A stretch of 64,000 bases of DNA from a virus. The stretch's first letter is position 1; every line of letters starts with the position of its first letter. Location of the stretch: positions 32,001-96,000 of the IMG/VR virus record IMGVR_UViG_3300020048_000018. The stretch is one strand, 5' to 3'. Positions 32,043-42,415 of the stretch are shown piece after piece. Position numbers and translations under genes: made by a program. The notes beneath the pieces are model-generated. The model was given only the letters and a program-made list of their open reading frames with translations. It was not told the origin of the DNA and searched no databases.

Positions 32043-32506
32043 CATTAATAACCCCTGAAAGTATAATTTTTACCGTAATAGCTGTACTGGCATTTAGTGG
32101 ATGGATGTGGATTATTTTTTCACTCAAGAATATTAGAAACTCGCCCAGTCCTTTTGAGGTATTTAAGAAAAACCATTTTAATGAGATTTTTTCTAAAAAA
32201 GGTACATATAGGGAAGGAACCTTTTCAGAGTTTGAGGAGTTTTACAATACCCATAAATATATTTTTAAAACTCAACCTACTTATGATGATGACGGTAATT
32301 CAATATGTTTATCCTCAGATCGTTATAATGATTTCCCTCAGGTTTATATAGGGAAACATATAATAATATTTGATTATGTAAAGTTTTATTTTATTGAAAT
32401 AGAAGAATTAAGAAAGTATTACTCTTGGTGGAATAACATAGAAGCTGAAACCAAAGAAAAAGAAAGACTTAGTAATCTACCCGTTCGGCTTACGGATTCT
32501 TGGTAG
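32033..32506 (+). CDS. Membrane-anchored hypothetical protein (paralog B)
   Basis: N-terminal TM; shares motifs with previous ORF. Confidence 0.65.
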   Translation: MEMTLITPESIIFTVIAVLAFSGWMWIIFSLKNIRNSPSPFEVFKKNHFNEIFSKKGTYREGTFSEFEEFYNTHKYIFKTQPTYDDDGNSICLSSDRYNDFPQVYIGKHIIIFDYVKFYFIEIEELRKYYSWWNNIEAETKEKERLSNLPVRLTDSW

Positions 32507-32516
32507 AAACTTTAAG

Positions 32517-32549
32517 ATAAAAGATGCCATTGGGGATAGAATGAAATAG
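32517..32549 (+). pseudogene. Dead duplicate of the thg1 5' end
   Basis: ATA AAA GAT GCC ATT GGG GAT AGA ATG AAA TAG vs thg1 ATG AAA GAT GCA CTT GGG GAT AGA ATG AAA TCA. Confidence 0.85.
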
Positions 32550-32561
32550 AAAGACCAAAAG

Positions 32562-32594
32562 GTTAGGGTATGAAAGCTTAGTTAGGGTATGAAA
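32562..32594 (+). repeat. Tandem 14-bp direct repeat
   Basis: GTTAGGGTATGAAA at 32562-32575 and 32581-32594. Confidence 0.85.
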
Positions 32595-32622
32595 CCTTTC
32601 AAGGACTGTATACTAATTAGGT

Positions 32623-33513
32623 ATGAAGAAATATTATTTGTACCAAATCACAAACCTAATTAATGGAAAAATTTATATCGGAGTTCATCAGACAGAGAAT
32701 TTGGAAGATGGTTACATGGGATCGGGTTCTTACTTAAAAAGGTCTATTAAAAAAAATGGAAAGGATAATTTTAAAAAAATAATCTTAAAGTTTTTTGATA
32801 ATGAAAAAGAAATGTACCTTTCAGAAGCAGAGATTGTAACCCCAGAGTTTATAGAGAAAGAAACTAATTATAATCTTAAAGAAGGGGGTTCTGGTGGAAC
32901 TCTCCCTTGTGAAGAACTTAGGTTACTGTATAGAAAACAACGAGCTAGGGAACGTGAACAAGGCATAGGTATTTTTAGTGAAGAATCTAAGGCTAAAATT
33001 AAACTCTATAGAGATTCAGAAAAAGGTAAAGATAATATTTTAAGATCAGGTTTATTGGGTTGCAATGAGGCTAATAGTAAAAAGAGACTAACAACCCTAT
33101 TTGAAAAAAATTACTTTGGTGCAGGGAGTTCTCCAAACAATGGTTCTATTTGTATTACAAATGGTACAATAAACAAAATGATTAAAAAAGATTGTCAAAT
33201 CCCAGAATCATTTAAACAAGGAATGACCCGAGTTTCTAAAAATGCTAAGGTTCATTACGGATCGGAAACAAATAATTTTGGTAAAACTTGGTATACTAAT
33301 GGAATAGAAAATTTGTTTTTAAAACCTGATGAATCAGTTCCAGATTTGTTTCACAAAGGAAGAACACAGAAGTCTAAGACTTATTATGGTAAAGAAAATT
33401 GTAATTTTGGTAAGTCTTGGTATACAAATGGAACAGACAACTTGCTTTTAAAACAGGAAGAACCTGTACCCAATGGATTTTATAAGGGAAGAACACTAAT
33501 CAAAAAGGAATAA
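32623..33513 (+). mobile_element. Free-standing GIY-YIG (Seg-like) homing endonuclease
   Basis: YLYQITNLINGKIYIGVH, YMGSG, YNLKEGG; three C-terminal ~41-aa repeats (WYTNG...KGRT). Confidence 0.9.
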
Positions 33514-33515
33514 AA

Positions 33516-34328
33516 ATGAAAGATGCACTTGGGGATAGAATGAAATCAAACTATGAGTCTTGTACTCGAACTTTTCTTCCTAGAAGGAATTATACCCTTA
33601 TTAGGGTCGATGGTCGAGCCTTTCATACACTGACCAGAACAATGGAAAAACCTTTTGACCAAGGATTTATTTGCGCCATGAACGCCACGGCAGAATATCT
33701 TTGTCAGAATATTATGGGTGCTCAGTTTGCATTTACTCAGTCTGATGAAATCTCAGTTCTTGTTACAGACTTTGCAAGAATAGGAACTGAGGCTTGGTAT
33801 GGAAACAACTTGCAGAAAATGTGTAGTGTAAGTGCAGGACTGGCTACTGAGGCTTTTAACAAATCCCGTATTCTAAATTTTATAAAATCTTTCAACTGGA
33901 ATAACTCCCTTTATAACGAATATAGTAAGTCGGAAGAACTTTTAAACTCTCTTGAACATTATATTTCTTGGGGAGTATTTGATTCAAGAGTTTTTCAGAT
34001 TCCACAGCGAACCGAAGTTATCAATTATTTCAGATGGAGACAACAGGACACCGTAAGGAATAGTATTTCATCTGTTGCACACAGCCTTTATTCTCAGAAA
34101 GAACTTCAAGGTAAAAACAGTAGTCAACTTCAGGAGCTTATTTTTCAGAAGGGTACTAACTGGAATGAACTTGATGCAGGATTGAAACGTGGAAGGGTTA
34201 CAGTTAAAACTAGTGATGGAAGGGGATTCCTTACTCACGGTGCTCCAGACTTTATAAAAGAAGATGGGATTTCATTCATGTCGGAGAAAGTTTTAGTGAA
34301 TGAAATTACCTTCGATGACAAGATTTGA
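33516..34328 (+). CDS. thg1: tRNA(His) guanylyltransferase / Thg1-like 3'-5' polymerase
   Basis: LGDRMKSNYE, IRVDGRAFH, QSDEIS, FDSRVF, WRQQDTVRNS. Confidence 0.93.
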   Translation: MKDALGDRMKSNYESCTRTFLPRRNYTLIRVDGRAFHTLTRTMEKPFDQGFICAMNATAEYLCQNIMGAQFAFTQSDEISVLVTDFARIGTEAWYGNNLQKMCSVSAGLATEAFNKSRILNFIKSFNWNNSLYNEYSKSEELLNSLEHYISWGVFDSRVFQIPQRTEVINYFRWRQQDTVRNSISSVAHSLYSQKELQGKNSSQLQELIFQKGTNWNELDAGLKRGRVTVKTSDGRGFLTHGAPDFIKEDGISFMSEKVLVNEITFDDKI

Positions 34329-34361
34329 GACTTTCATAAGTTTAGAACTAAATATAATACT

Positions 34362-35552
34362 ATGGAGTTCAAAATGGAGATAGACAAAAAAACAATTCTT
34401 TTAGTTGAAGATGAAGAATTGATAGCAATAGATAGAAAGCTTAATTTAGAAAAATATAATTTTAAGGTTGTTCATGCCAGCAACGGAGAACAAGCCTTAG
34501 AATTATTTAACACTGAAGAGAACATTTCTTTAGTTCTCATGGACATTGACCTTGGATGCTGTCCCGATGGTATAATGATAGCAAAAAATATCTTAAGTAT
34601 TAAGTATCTCCCCATAATATTTCTTTCAAATAAGAATGAGTCAGAATTAATATTAGAGATTGAATCTATAAACTCTTTTGGATACCTTAGTAAAACTTGT
34701 GACACCAAGGTGTTAGTTTCAGTTATGAATACTGCACTTAAACATTTTGAGTATTTTACGAAAGTTGAAGAAGGTGAGTCTAAATTAAAAGTAATGATAG
34801 CAAACATTGCGGATGTAATAGCAATTGTAACTCCTGAGGGAAGGGTACTCTATAAAAGTGAAAATATTAAAGAATCTTTCGGATATGAACCTATGGATTT
34901 TGGTGTTCACCTCACAGATACAAAAAATGCATGGGATTTGATTCATCCCAGTGATATAAGTATTATTCAAGTTCTTAGGAACAGACTTGTACAAAAAGAT
35001 AATATTTCATTAAAAGCAGATTTACGACTTTTATGTAAAAATGGTTCATATAAAAACATAAAACTTACTGCAACAAGCTTGCTAAACAATCCAAGCATAA
35101 AAGGGATATTATTAAGCTTTCATGATGTAACCGAAAAATCAAAAATTGAAAATGATATAACAGAAGCTAAATTATTATTTCATTCGGTAATTGATAGTAT
35201 ACCTCAAAACCTGTATGTTAAGGACCGTGAAGGAAGATTTATTCATGCTAATATTAATTACTGTAAACTTCAAGAGAAAACATTAAAAGAAATAATTGGT
35301 ATGACTGATTTTGATATGCACTCTAAAGAATTAGCGGAAAAATATTTAATGGATGATCAGCTTGTTATTGAGTCAGGGGTTATCCTTGAACTAGAAGAGT
35401 CTCATGAGGTTAATGGTACTCTCGAAACTGTACATGTAATAAAATCTCCCCTGCATGATCATAGAATGAGAACAGTAGGAACTATAGGTATTTTTTGGAA
35501 ATTGGATGGTATTCCTAAAAAAATTAAAAGGAAACCCAGAAAAAAACTTTAA
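34362..35552 (+). CDS. Receiver-PAS-PAS signalling protein without output domain
   Basis: ILLVEDE, LMDIDLG..DG, FLS, GYLSK; two PAS/PAC units (YKSEN..FGY..; YVKDREGRFIHAN..VIKSP); start may be ATG 34374 (SD GGAG). Confidence 0.88.
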   Translation: MEFKMEIDKKTILLVEDEELIAIDRKLNLEKYNFKVVHASNGEQALELFNTEENISLVLMDIDLGCCPDGIMIAKNILSIKYLPIIFLSNKNESELILEIESINSFGYLSKTCDTKVLVSVMNTALKHFEYFTKVEEGESKLKVMIANIADVIAIVTPEGRVLYKSENIKESFGYEPMDFGVHLTDTKNAWDLIHPSDISIIQVLRNRLVQKDNISLKADLRLLCKNGSYKNIKLTATSLLNNPSIKGILLSFHDVTEKSKIENDITEAKLLFHSVIDSIPQNLYVKDREGRFIHANINYCKLQEKTLKEIIGMTDFDMHSKELAEKYLMDDQLVIESGVILELEESHEVNGTLETVHVIKSPLHDHRMRTVGTIGIFWKLDGIPKKIKRKPRKKL

Positions 35553-35556
35553 GATT

Positions 35557-35600
35557 AAAGTTTTGAACTTTTCCTGAAATTCCTATATATTATATATGTA
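35557..35600 (+). promoter_or_regulatory. Repeated promoter, copy 9
   Basis: Same motif, in front of pncB. Confidence 0.85.
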
Positions 35601-35624
35601 TGTTAAAACCAAGGAGTTTCTCAA

Positions 35625-36791
35625 ATGCAACACATAATTAAGTCTCTTATCGATAATGACCTTTATAAATTTAGCATGGCACAGGCAGTTCTTCATCAAT
35701 ATCCGGGTGCTTTGGTTGAATATTCCTTCAAGTGCCGAAACAAAGAACAGTTTTCAAAAAAGATGTTCAAGGAAATCCTAAAGGAGATTGACCATCTTTG
35801 TGCCTTGAAACTTACTCCAGAGGAACTTTCCTACCTTGGAACAATTAGATTCCTTAAAAAGGATTTTATTGATTTTCTCTCCCTATTGAAATTAAACCGT
35901 GACCACATTGTAATAACCCTTTCGGATGAAGGTCAACTCAGTATAAAGATTAAGGGTAGCTGGCTCCTCACCATCTTTTTCGAAATACCCGTCCTGTCAA
36001 TTGTCAATGAGGTCTATTTCAAAAATCTTGGAGTAAAACCAGACTATAAAGTGGCTATGGAACGTCTGTATGAAAAAATAGCCATAGCAAAAGTATCCAA
36101 GTTCAAGTTTTCTGAATTTGGAGGTAGGCGTCGATACAGCAGGGATTGGCAAGAACAGGTAATAGCAGAATTGGTTAAGCAGAAAGATGAAATTAATTTC
36201 ACTGGAACTTCCAATGTTTACTTTGCCATGAAGTTTGGTATTAAACCAATTGGTACAGTTGCTCATGAGTTTATTATGGCTCATCAACAACTCGGTCCAA
36301 GGCTCATTGATTCTCAAAGTGCCGCCCTTCAATCTTGGGTATCTGAATATCGTGGAGACAATGGTACCTTTCTTACGGACGTAATTTCCACTGACTCGTT
36401 CCTGAAAGACTTTGACCTGTATTTTGCAAAACTCTATGATGGACTTCGACATGATTCAGGAGACCCTATTGTATGGGCTAACAAATGTATCGCCCATTAT
36501 GAAAGCCTTAAAATAAACCCCATGACTAAGACCTTGATCTTCAGTGATGGTTTGGATTTCACCAAGGCTTCATATATCAATGAGGTATTAAAAGGACGAA
36601 TCAATGTAGCCATGGGAGTAGGAACGAACTTAACGAATGATTTTCCTGATATCAAAGCTCTTAATATTGTTCTCAAAATGACTGAGTGCAATGGGCGACC
36701 GGTGGCAAAGATTAGTGACACCCCGGGTAAGGGAATGTGCGAAAATCAAGACTTCATTGATTATCTTAAAAGCGTGTATGAATTAAAGTGA
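35625..36791 (+). CDS. pncB: Nicotinate phosphoribosyltransferase
   Basis: DNDLYKFSM, EFGGRRR, GTSNV, GTVAHE, RHDSGDP, IFSDGL, GVGTNLTND, KISDTPGK. Confidence 0.95.
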   Translation: MQHIIKSLIDNDLYKFSMAQAVLHQYPGALVEYSFKCRNKEQFSKKMFKEILKEIDHLCALKLTPEELSYLGTIRFLKKDFIDFLSLLKLNRDHIVITLSDEGQLSIKIKGSWLLTIFFEIPVLSIVNEVYFKNLGVKPDYKVAMERLYEKIAIAKVSKFKFSEFGGRRRYSRDWQEQVIAELVKQKDEINFTGTSNVYFAMKFGIKPIGTVAHEFIMAHQQLGPRLIDSQSAALQSWVSEYRGDNGTFLTDVISTDSFLKDFDLYFAKLYDGLRHDSGDPIVWANKCIAHYESLKINPMTKTLIFSDGLDFTKASYINEVLKGRINVAMGVGTNLTNDFPDIKALNIVLKMTECNGRPVAKISDTPGKGMCENQDFIDYLKSVYELK

Positions 36792-37141
36792 AAGGATGTT
36801 AATATGTCTCTTAAAGAAGAAATAAGCTATACTGTTAAAGGTATTAGTATTGTATTTTTAATTTTTTTCTCCGTGGTAGGTTTTTTAACCTTTTGTTTTA
36901 AGCCCTACCTTATAGATAAATCCATCTATTTTTATGTAGAAAGTAAAACCTCCCTTACCTCAACATCAACAAGGGAGGATTCGGTATCCTTAAGTTCTGT
37001 ACCTTATACAAAATACCTTATGAAGGTAAGAGGGTATATTAATGAAAGAACAATTTGGTCTCCCGTACTCTTTGAGAAAGAGGTTTCAAAAGAGGAATTC
37101 GATAAATACGAAATTAATGACCACTATAGCCGGTAAAATAA

Positions 37142-37402
37142 ATGAAAAGATCAAGACAATATAGACGAAACAAAAGGTCAAATCTTATTAAAAGAGCTTG
37201 TAAGATTTTTAAAAACTCAAACTACTCTAGCTCCTCAGATGAAGAAGTTTTAGCTAAAGCAACAAAGGAATTTGATACTTTAACCAGAGGTCACTGTGAA
37301 TGTTGCTGTAATGTAAGAAAATCAGAAATGAATAAGCATCGAAGATTTGCTAAACTTTCCCGTCAGGAACAAAAAGCAATAATTGTAGACAAAGAAGATT
37401 AA
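37142..37402 (+). CDS. Basic Cys-containing small protein
   Basis: MKRSRQYRRNKR...HCECCCNVRK...LSRQE. Confidence 0.6.
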   Translation: MKRSRQYRRNKRSNLIKRACKIFKNSNYSSSSDEEVLAKATKEFDTLTRGHCECCCNVRKSEMNKHRRFAKLSRQEQKAIIVDKED

Positions 37403-37413
37403 AGGAAAATATT

Positions 37414-37962
37414 ATGCTATCAAAAGATATTTACCCGCCAATTTCCTCCTGTAGTAAAATACACGAACATGAAGAACTATTCGTTCCAGAATACACAAAG
37501 TCCCCCTTGTTCAAAGCAATGGAAGAAACTGGAGATTTTTTAGTGAGAAAAGCACCTTCAAGTAAAGATATATACAAGATGTCCATGCCGGAAAAATTAC
37601 AAGCCTACTTAGATAGAGGGGACTTAGCTACCGTGAAACGTCTTCAGGGTATAATAGAGGGTCTACATTCCCATGACATAGAAGAAGAAATACTCAAACC
37701 TACGGAACCCCTAAAAGTAGAATCCTGTACTATTCCTGAAAACTTAAAAAATGCCTATGATACCATGGAAAGTAATGAAAAGTTTAAGGAATCCATCAAA
37801 AGCCTTGTTGATGAACTAGTTTCGGATGAAATGAGATCTCATTCTTACGCAGATAAATCCCATGAACTCGTTTTCCAAATTTACCGGCTCTTCATTGGCT
37901 ATGATTCAGCATTAAGGGAACTTTCGGGATTAAAGGTTCTAATTCAAAAAGAATTAACCTAA
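37414..37962 (+). CDS. Hypothetical protein
   Basis: 182-aa ORF with SD AAGGA. Confidence 0.7.
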   Translation: MLSKDIYPPISSCSKIHEHEELFVPEYTKSPLFKAMEETGDFLVRKAPSSKDIYKMSMPEKLQAYLDRGDLATVKRLQGIIEGLHSHDIEEEILKPTEPLKVESCTIPENLKNAYDTMESNEKFKESIKSLVDELVSDEMRSHSYADKSHELVFQIYRLFIGYDSALRELSGLKVLIQKELT

Positions 37963-38007
37963 AAGTTTTGAACTTTTCTTTAATACCCTATATATTATAT
38001 ATGTAAG
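37962..38007 (+). promoter_or_regulatory. Repeated promoter, copy 10
   Basis: Same motif. Confidence 0.85.
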
Positions 38008-38022
38008 TTTGAGGAGAATAAA

Positions 38023-38166
38023 ATGAGTTCATTTGAGTGGCATTTTGAGCATGGGATATTAGGTAAGGTTTTGATACTCTCAGGAAGAGCTATTGTCTTT
38101 CTTACCTTTGCCTTTGCAGGATGGAAAATCCTTGAAGTTATTTACATCGTATCACAAAGACATTAA
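38023..38166 (+). CDS. Small hydrophobic peptide (47 aa, not in ORF track)
   Basis: SD GAGGAG right after promoter; AIVFLTFAFAGWKILEVIYIV. Confidence 0.6.
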   Translation: MSSFEWHFEHGILGKVLILSGRAIVFLTFAFAGWKILEVIYIVSQRH

Positions 38167-39544
38167 GAGGTTTTTATGTATCGAAACATGCATGATTCGG
38201 ATGATGATATCCGACACGATCAACTTAAAGATTTAAGATCCTTTAAGAGTATTTCCGATTTGGAAAAAGAGGATATTCCTGAAGAAGATGACGACAAAAC
38301 TACTGAGTGCGAAAGTGAATTGCACCATCACATTACAACCAACGAGAAGACTAAAAGTTTTTTCGTAAATGATATGGATTACAACAGGAGAACATTGGAT
38401 GTCAGGACAAACTAGCGAAGCAATCAGTTACGCAACTTCCGCAATAGCTATCTCAGCTATCAACCCAGCCTCAGACAATGAAGAGCTATTTCGTGAAGAC
38501 CTAAACTTCGCAGTAGTTGGATTTATACAGAATCTTTTTGATTCTGTTTCCTCAAAGTATGGGAAGCTGAAACTTTCCGACATTGTAGATGAACTGGATA
38601 AGTTTGCGAAGGTCTGTGAATGAAACTCAAAAACACTCTCCTGCAAGAGGTTCTTGTAGACATCCTCTTAAAATCTGCAAATGCTTCAGTAAAGGATATC
38701 CTTGTTACCAGTGACCCTTCTGCTCAGTATTATGAATCTGAAAAGTTTTATGACCTGACAGACTCCATTCTCGATATTATTCGAGGTGTTGTAGAGGGTG
38801 TTTGTAAAGCAGATAATTCTTTTGATTACAATCAAACTATTTTGGCAATTAAAGAACAACTCTAACTACTACTCTTGCTCTACTTTAAGAAGGAGATTCT
38901 ATGTGTACACCAAGACTCTACACCTTTGTAAATGAAACCCATCTTTTCAATTTCTTTATGGATAACTTGAAATATGTTTCTCTTTCTAAGGATTTTGAGT
39001 GTTTTGGATTAAGGTCAAGTGACTGCAAAAAACTGTACATACAAGTAGTTTCAAATTGGAAAGAAGAGCGAGAGTGTTTTAATGAAATGAAAGTCTTCAT
39101 GTGAAAAGGAACTTAAATGTCTGTTGTAATATTTACAGGAAATACAAATACTCCTCTCAATGAAATGAATCCTTTATGGTTAGAAAGCATCACAAGAAAG
39201 AATGGAAAAATAGTTTCAGGTCGTGTTATTAATGGTCACTGGGACTTAAAGGTAACTGATACTGAATGGCAAGCAGGTGGCTTTAGCTCAAATAGTAAGT
39301 ACTGTACCGTCACCTCATCAAAGATACCTGAAGAAATAATTGAAGTTTCGGTTACTTGGGAATGGGGAGACTATGATAATTATAATGAAGTAATCTATAC
39401 GGCTATGAAAATTGCGGGTAATCCAGAAAAACTTATAGCGAACGAAATCTTGGCAGTTCAACAACAAAAAGATTATAAGAAACTTAAAAAACTTGAAAAG
39501 ATTGTAGAAAAAGAATACTGTAATATTCCGTTTTAAAAAATTTT

Positions 39545-39554
39545 TGTTAATATA
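39545..39554 (+). promoter_or_regulatory. Putative extended -10 promoter (TG-N-TAATAT)
   Basis: TGTTAATAT also seen at ~44307, ~45967, ~47482, ~56895, always intergenic before a start. Confidence 0.45.
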
Positions 39555-40143
39555 GTTTCATGACCCAAATGAAACTAACTCGTGAGAGTGACAAGTGTTA
39601 TGCTGTAATATTAAATGACGAAAAGATTGGAACCGCAGAAAAGTTAAATGGCTTTTTTGTAAATTTTTTATTCTTCAACCTAATTAATATCATATCAGTA
39701 TCCTCCTTCGATGACAATTTAGAAAAAGAATTGCCTGAAATGTTTTGTAGGCTCTCTGAAACAATTGAGGGCTTTTCCAGACAAGTTTTTAATGTAGAAA
39801 AAGTTTTTGATACTTTCTTTATCACTTACAACAATGATATAGAATTGTGTTCTATGAATTATATCAAGAAGTCTTTTCAATTTAATTTCAATCTACCTCA
39901 AAGTATTAAAGAAGCTTCTTACAAATTTGTGGAAGATAAACTTCTATATAAAATAATAACAGAGGAACTTGTCTGTTCTGTTTTTTCAGAGCTAATGAAC
40001 ATCTTATATAGTTGGATGCTAACCGAGAAATCTAAGTAGGTAACACTACTGAAAATATAAGTTTCTTATTTTACTATTCTAAAAATAAGTGGTGGGAAGT
40101 AGGGGTCTTTTAAAAACCCTAATTCAATTATAGGAGGTCTTGT

Positions 40144-41346
40144 ATGGCAAGATCAATGGCTGTGGTAAACACAATAGCAAATGTGGAGAGTATTCCAGAA
40201 AAAGACAGAATCGTTCTTTATGGATTTTCGGAAAATGATTGGAAAATTATCGATGGAAAGGATACCTATAAAGTAGGTGACTTGGTAGTGAGAATTGAGG
40301 TTGATTCGCTTTTACCGGTTAGGGAAGAATTTGAGTTCCTAAGAAGTAAATGCTATACATCTAAGTTTGATCGGTTCAGAATTAAAGCTTTAAAACTGGG
40401 TGGCGTAGTATCGCAGGGACTACTTCTTAACTTGAGTATACTTCCGAAAGGAAAATATAAATCAGGGGACGATGTTACTGAGTTACTGGATATCCTTAAG
40501 ATGGAGGATGCAGAAGATGCTTCTCCAAAAGCCAATGGAACATCAAAACTCCAAACGCCTTTCATTAAGTTTTTAATGGATCACAAGTTGACTAGGAAAT
40601 TAGGAAAACTTTTAATTAAGTTTAAGCTGAGAAATCATATCAGTGGCAATTTCCCTTCGAGTACTATTTCAAAAACCGATGAAACCATTCTACAGAATTA
40701 CAAGGGTCTTTTAACCAAACATGCTAAGGATGGTTCGTATATCACCCTGAAGTGTGAGGGACAGAGTAGCACCTTTCTGTACAAAATGAAAAAGAAAAAG
40801 CCTTTTGCTTTTTTTGCATGTTCAAGAAACATTGCGTATCCAAAAGATAACGATAATAATTTCTGGAAAATGGCTAAGAAGTATAAGCTGGACGAAAAAC
40901 TTAGAAAGTATTTTAAGGATACGGGAAAAGTATTAGCAATCCAGTGTGAGGTAATCGGACCGGGTGTGCAGGAAAATATCTATAAACTTAAAGAACTTGA
41001 GATAAGGATGTTTACTGCGAAAGATATCACAAACGATATTCTTTTAACTTATTCCGAACTTATTGACTTACGAGATAACTATGATATTCCGATGGTTCCT
41101 GTTTTAACTACAGGAATTCTTGAAGATATTCTTCCTGATCTCGAAACTGCTTTAAGACTTTCATTTATCAAAAAGAATGATTTAAGTCATCTTGACGAAA
41201 GATTCAGAGAATCCCTTAAAAAGGAAACTTGGATACCTGAGGATGTACTTAATGAAGGAATGGTTATCAGGGGGCTTAACAATGAATTCTCATTCAAGGT
41301 AAGAAATCCGCAATATGTCTTTGGTGGAATTACAGCTAAATACTAA
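40144..41346 (+). CDS. RNA ligase, DRB0094/Rnl5-like family
   Basis: N-terminal IANVESIPEKDRI...YKVGDLVVRIEVDSLLP; KTDET; motif I KCEGQS; QCEVIGPGVQ; EGMV; SFKV. Confidence 0.88.
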   Translation: MARSMAVVNTIANVESIPEKDRIVLYGFSENDWKIIDGKDTYKVGDLVVRIEVDSLLPVREEFEFLRSKCYTSKFDRFRIKALKLGGVVSQGLLLNLSILPKGKYKSGDDVTELLDILKMEDAEDASPKANGTSKLQTPFIKFLMDHKLTRKLGKLLIKFKLRNHISGNFPSSTISKTDETILQNYKGLLTKHAKDGSYITLKCEGQSSTFLYKMKKKKPFAFFACSRNIAYPKDNDNNFWKMAKKYKLDEKLRKYFKDTGKVLAIQCEVIGPGVQENIYKLKELEIRMFTAKDITNDILLTYSELIDLRDNYDIPMVPVLTTGILEDILPDLETALRLSFIKKNDLSHLDERFRESLKKETWIPEDVLNEGMVIRGLNNEFSFKVRNPQYVFGGITAKY

Positions 41347-41376
41347 AAAGAAAGTTCAGCGAAAGCTGAACTTTTT
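41347..41376. terminator. Bidirectional terminator between convergent units
   Basis: AAAGTTCAGC-GAAA-GCTGAACTTT flanked by A and T runs. Confidence 0.85.
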
Positions 41377-41380
41377 AGTT

Positions 41381-42415
41381 TTAAATTCTTCTTAATTTTT
41401 TTAGTTTCTTATATTGTTTCTCTTCCAACTTAATTAAGCTCTTATTATCAAACACATAGTTTGAGTTAACAATAAAACCTATTATTACAACTACCCGAAA
41501 CAGATAGGAATAAATCACATTATGAACTCCAATAAACTCGGTTACTGGAATTTTTAGACTTTCACTAAAACCATTAAAGTAGGTTAAAAGTTTAAATATC
41601 ACCATATCAAAGTTTGGAGTACCATTACTAAAATACTCGCTAGGAAGTATCTTTCCCCAGCGCAGGTCAGCATAATTTGAGTAAAAAATCTTTTGAGTAG
41701 AGTTGTATAAACTTAAGGTAAAAACAACTATAAGTACAGCATAGGTAAAATAAAAACGTTTGGTAAGTTTTGCTTTTCTGATAAACCTCATCATAGCAAT
41801 AACCATTATTATTCTATATAAATATAAAACAATATTTGGGGTAAATGACTTAAAAGACAAACAGTCTGTTTGAAGGAGGGGTTCAATAGAACCAACCAGA
41901 ATATTTTTATAGGATCTGGGTTCTATAATAGGAACACTTCTGTATTCAATTATTGAGTATAAATAAACAATTACTCCTATAACCATTAAAATAAGTATCG
42001 TCCTCAGTAATTGGGTATATTTCTTAAGTTCTACAATAGAGGGCGTCAATAAAATCGAGAGCGCAAAATAATAGCCTACAAGTACTAAGCATATAGCATT
42101 AATAATTGAAAAGAATTGATAGGAATAATATGTTACCGAAACCCATATTCTTAAAAAACTAATAATACAAATTAATAGACTTGTAACAAAAATATACAAT
42201 TCAGAAGTTGACCCGTTAGACTTTAAGTACAATCTTAAAGACTTAATAGAATAATATACAAGGATAGCTATTGTGACTACCGAAATAATTAAATCTATAA
42301 TTACCAACCAATCGAATACTCCGGTAGAAACGAGATTTCCCTGTATGTGAAATATCCCAAAGACTTCTAAAAACTTAAAGTAAAATATATTTAATAGGTT
42401 TAACATAAATAGCAT
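41381..42415 (-). CDS. Polytopic (~7 TM) membrane protein
   Basis: About seven hydrophobic segments, long loop after TM4, basic C-tail. Confidence 0.75.
   Translation of the reverse strand: MLFMLNLLNIFYFKFLEVFGIFHIQGNLVSTGVFDWLVIIDLIISVVTIAILVYYSIKSLRLYLKSNGSTSELYIFVTSLLICIISFLRIWVSVTYYSYQFFSIINAICLVLVGYYFALSILLTPSIVELKKYTQLLRTILILMVIGVIVYLYSIIEYRSVPIIEPRSYKNILVGSIEPLLQTDCLSFKSFTPNIVLYLYRIIMVIAMMRFIRKAKLTKRFYFTYAVLIVVFTLSLYNSTQKIFYSNYADLRWGKILPSEYFSNGTPNFDMVIFKLLTYFNGFSESLKIPVTEFIGVHNVIYSYLFRVVVIIGFIVNSNYVFDNKSLIKLEEKQYKKLKKLRRI

Noticed and set aside
32517-33549. Group I intron in thg1
   Set aside because: Downstream thg1 is complete, the putative intron would not end in G, no room for a catalytic core after the ORF, and upstream exon lacks a start codon
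40046-40122. Stem-loops in the leader of the DRB0094-like ligase
   Set aside because: AT-rich, weak pairing, no recognisable riboswitch motif
41351-41374. AAAGTT...AACTTT arms resembling the promoter dyad
   Set aside because: It is a GAAA-loop terminator stem between convergent genes with no -10 element
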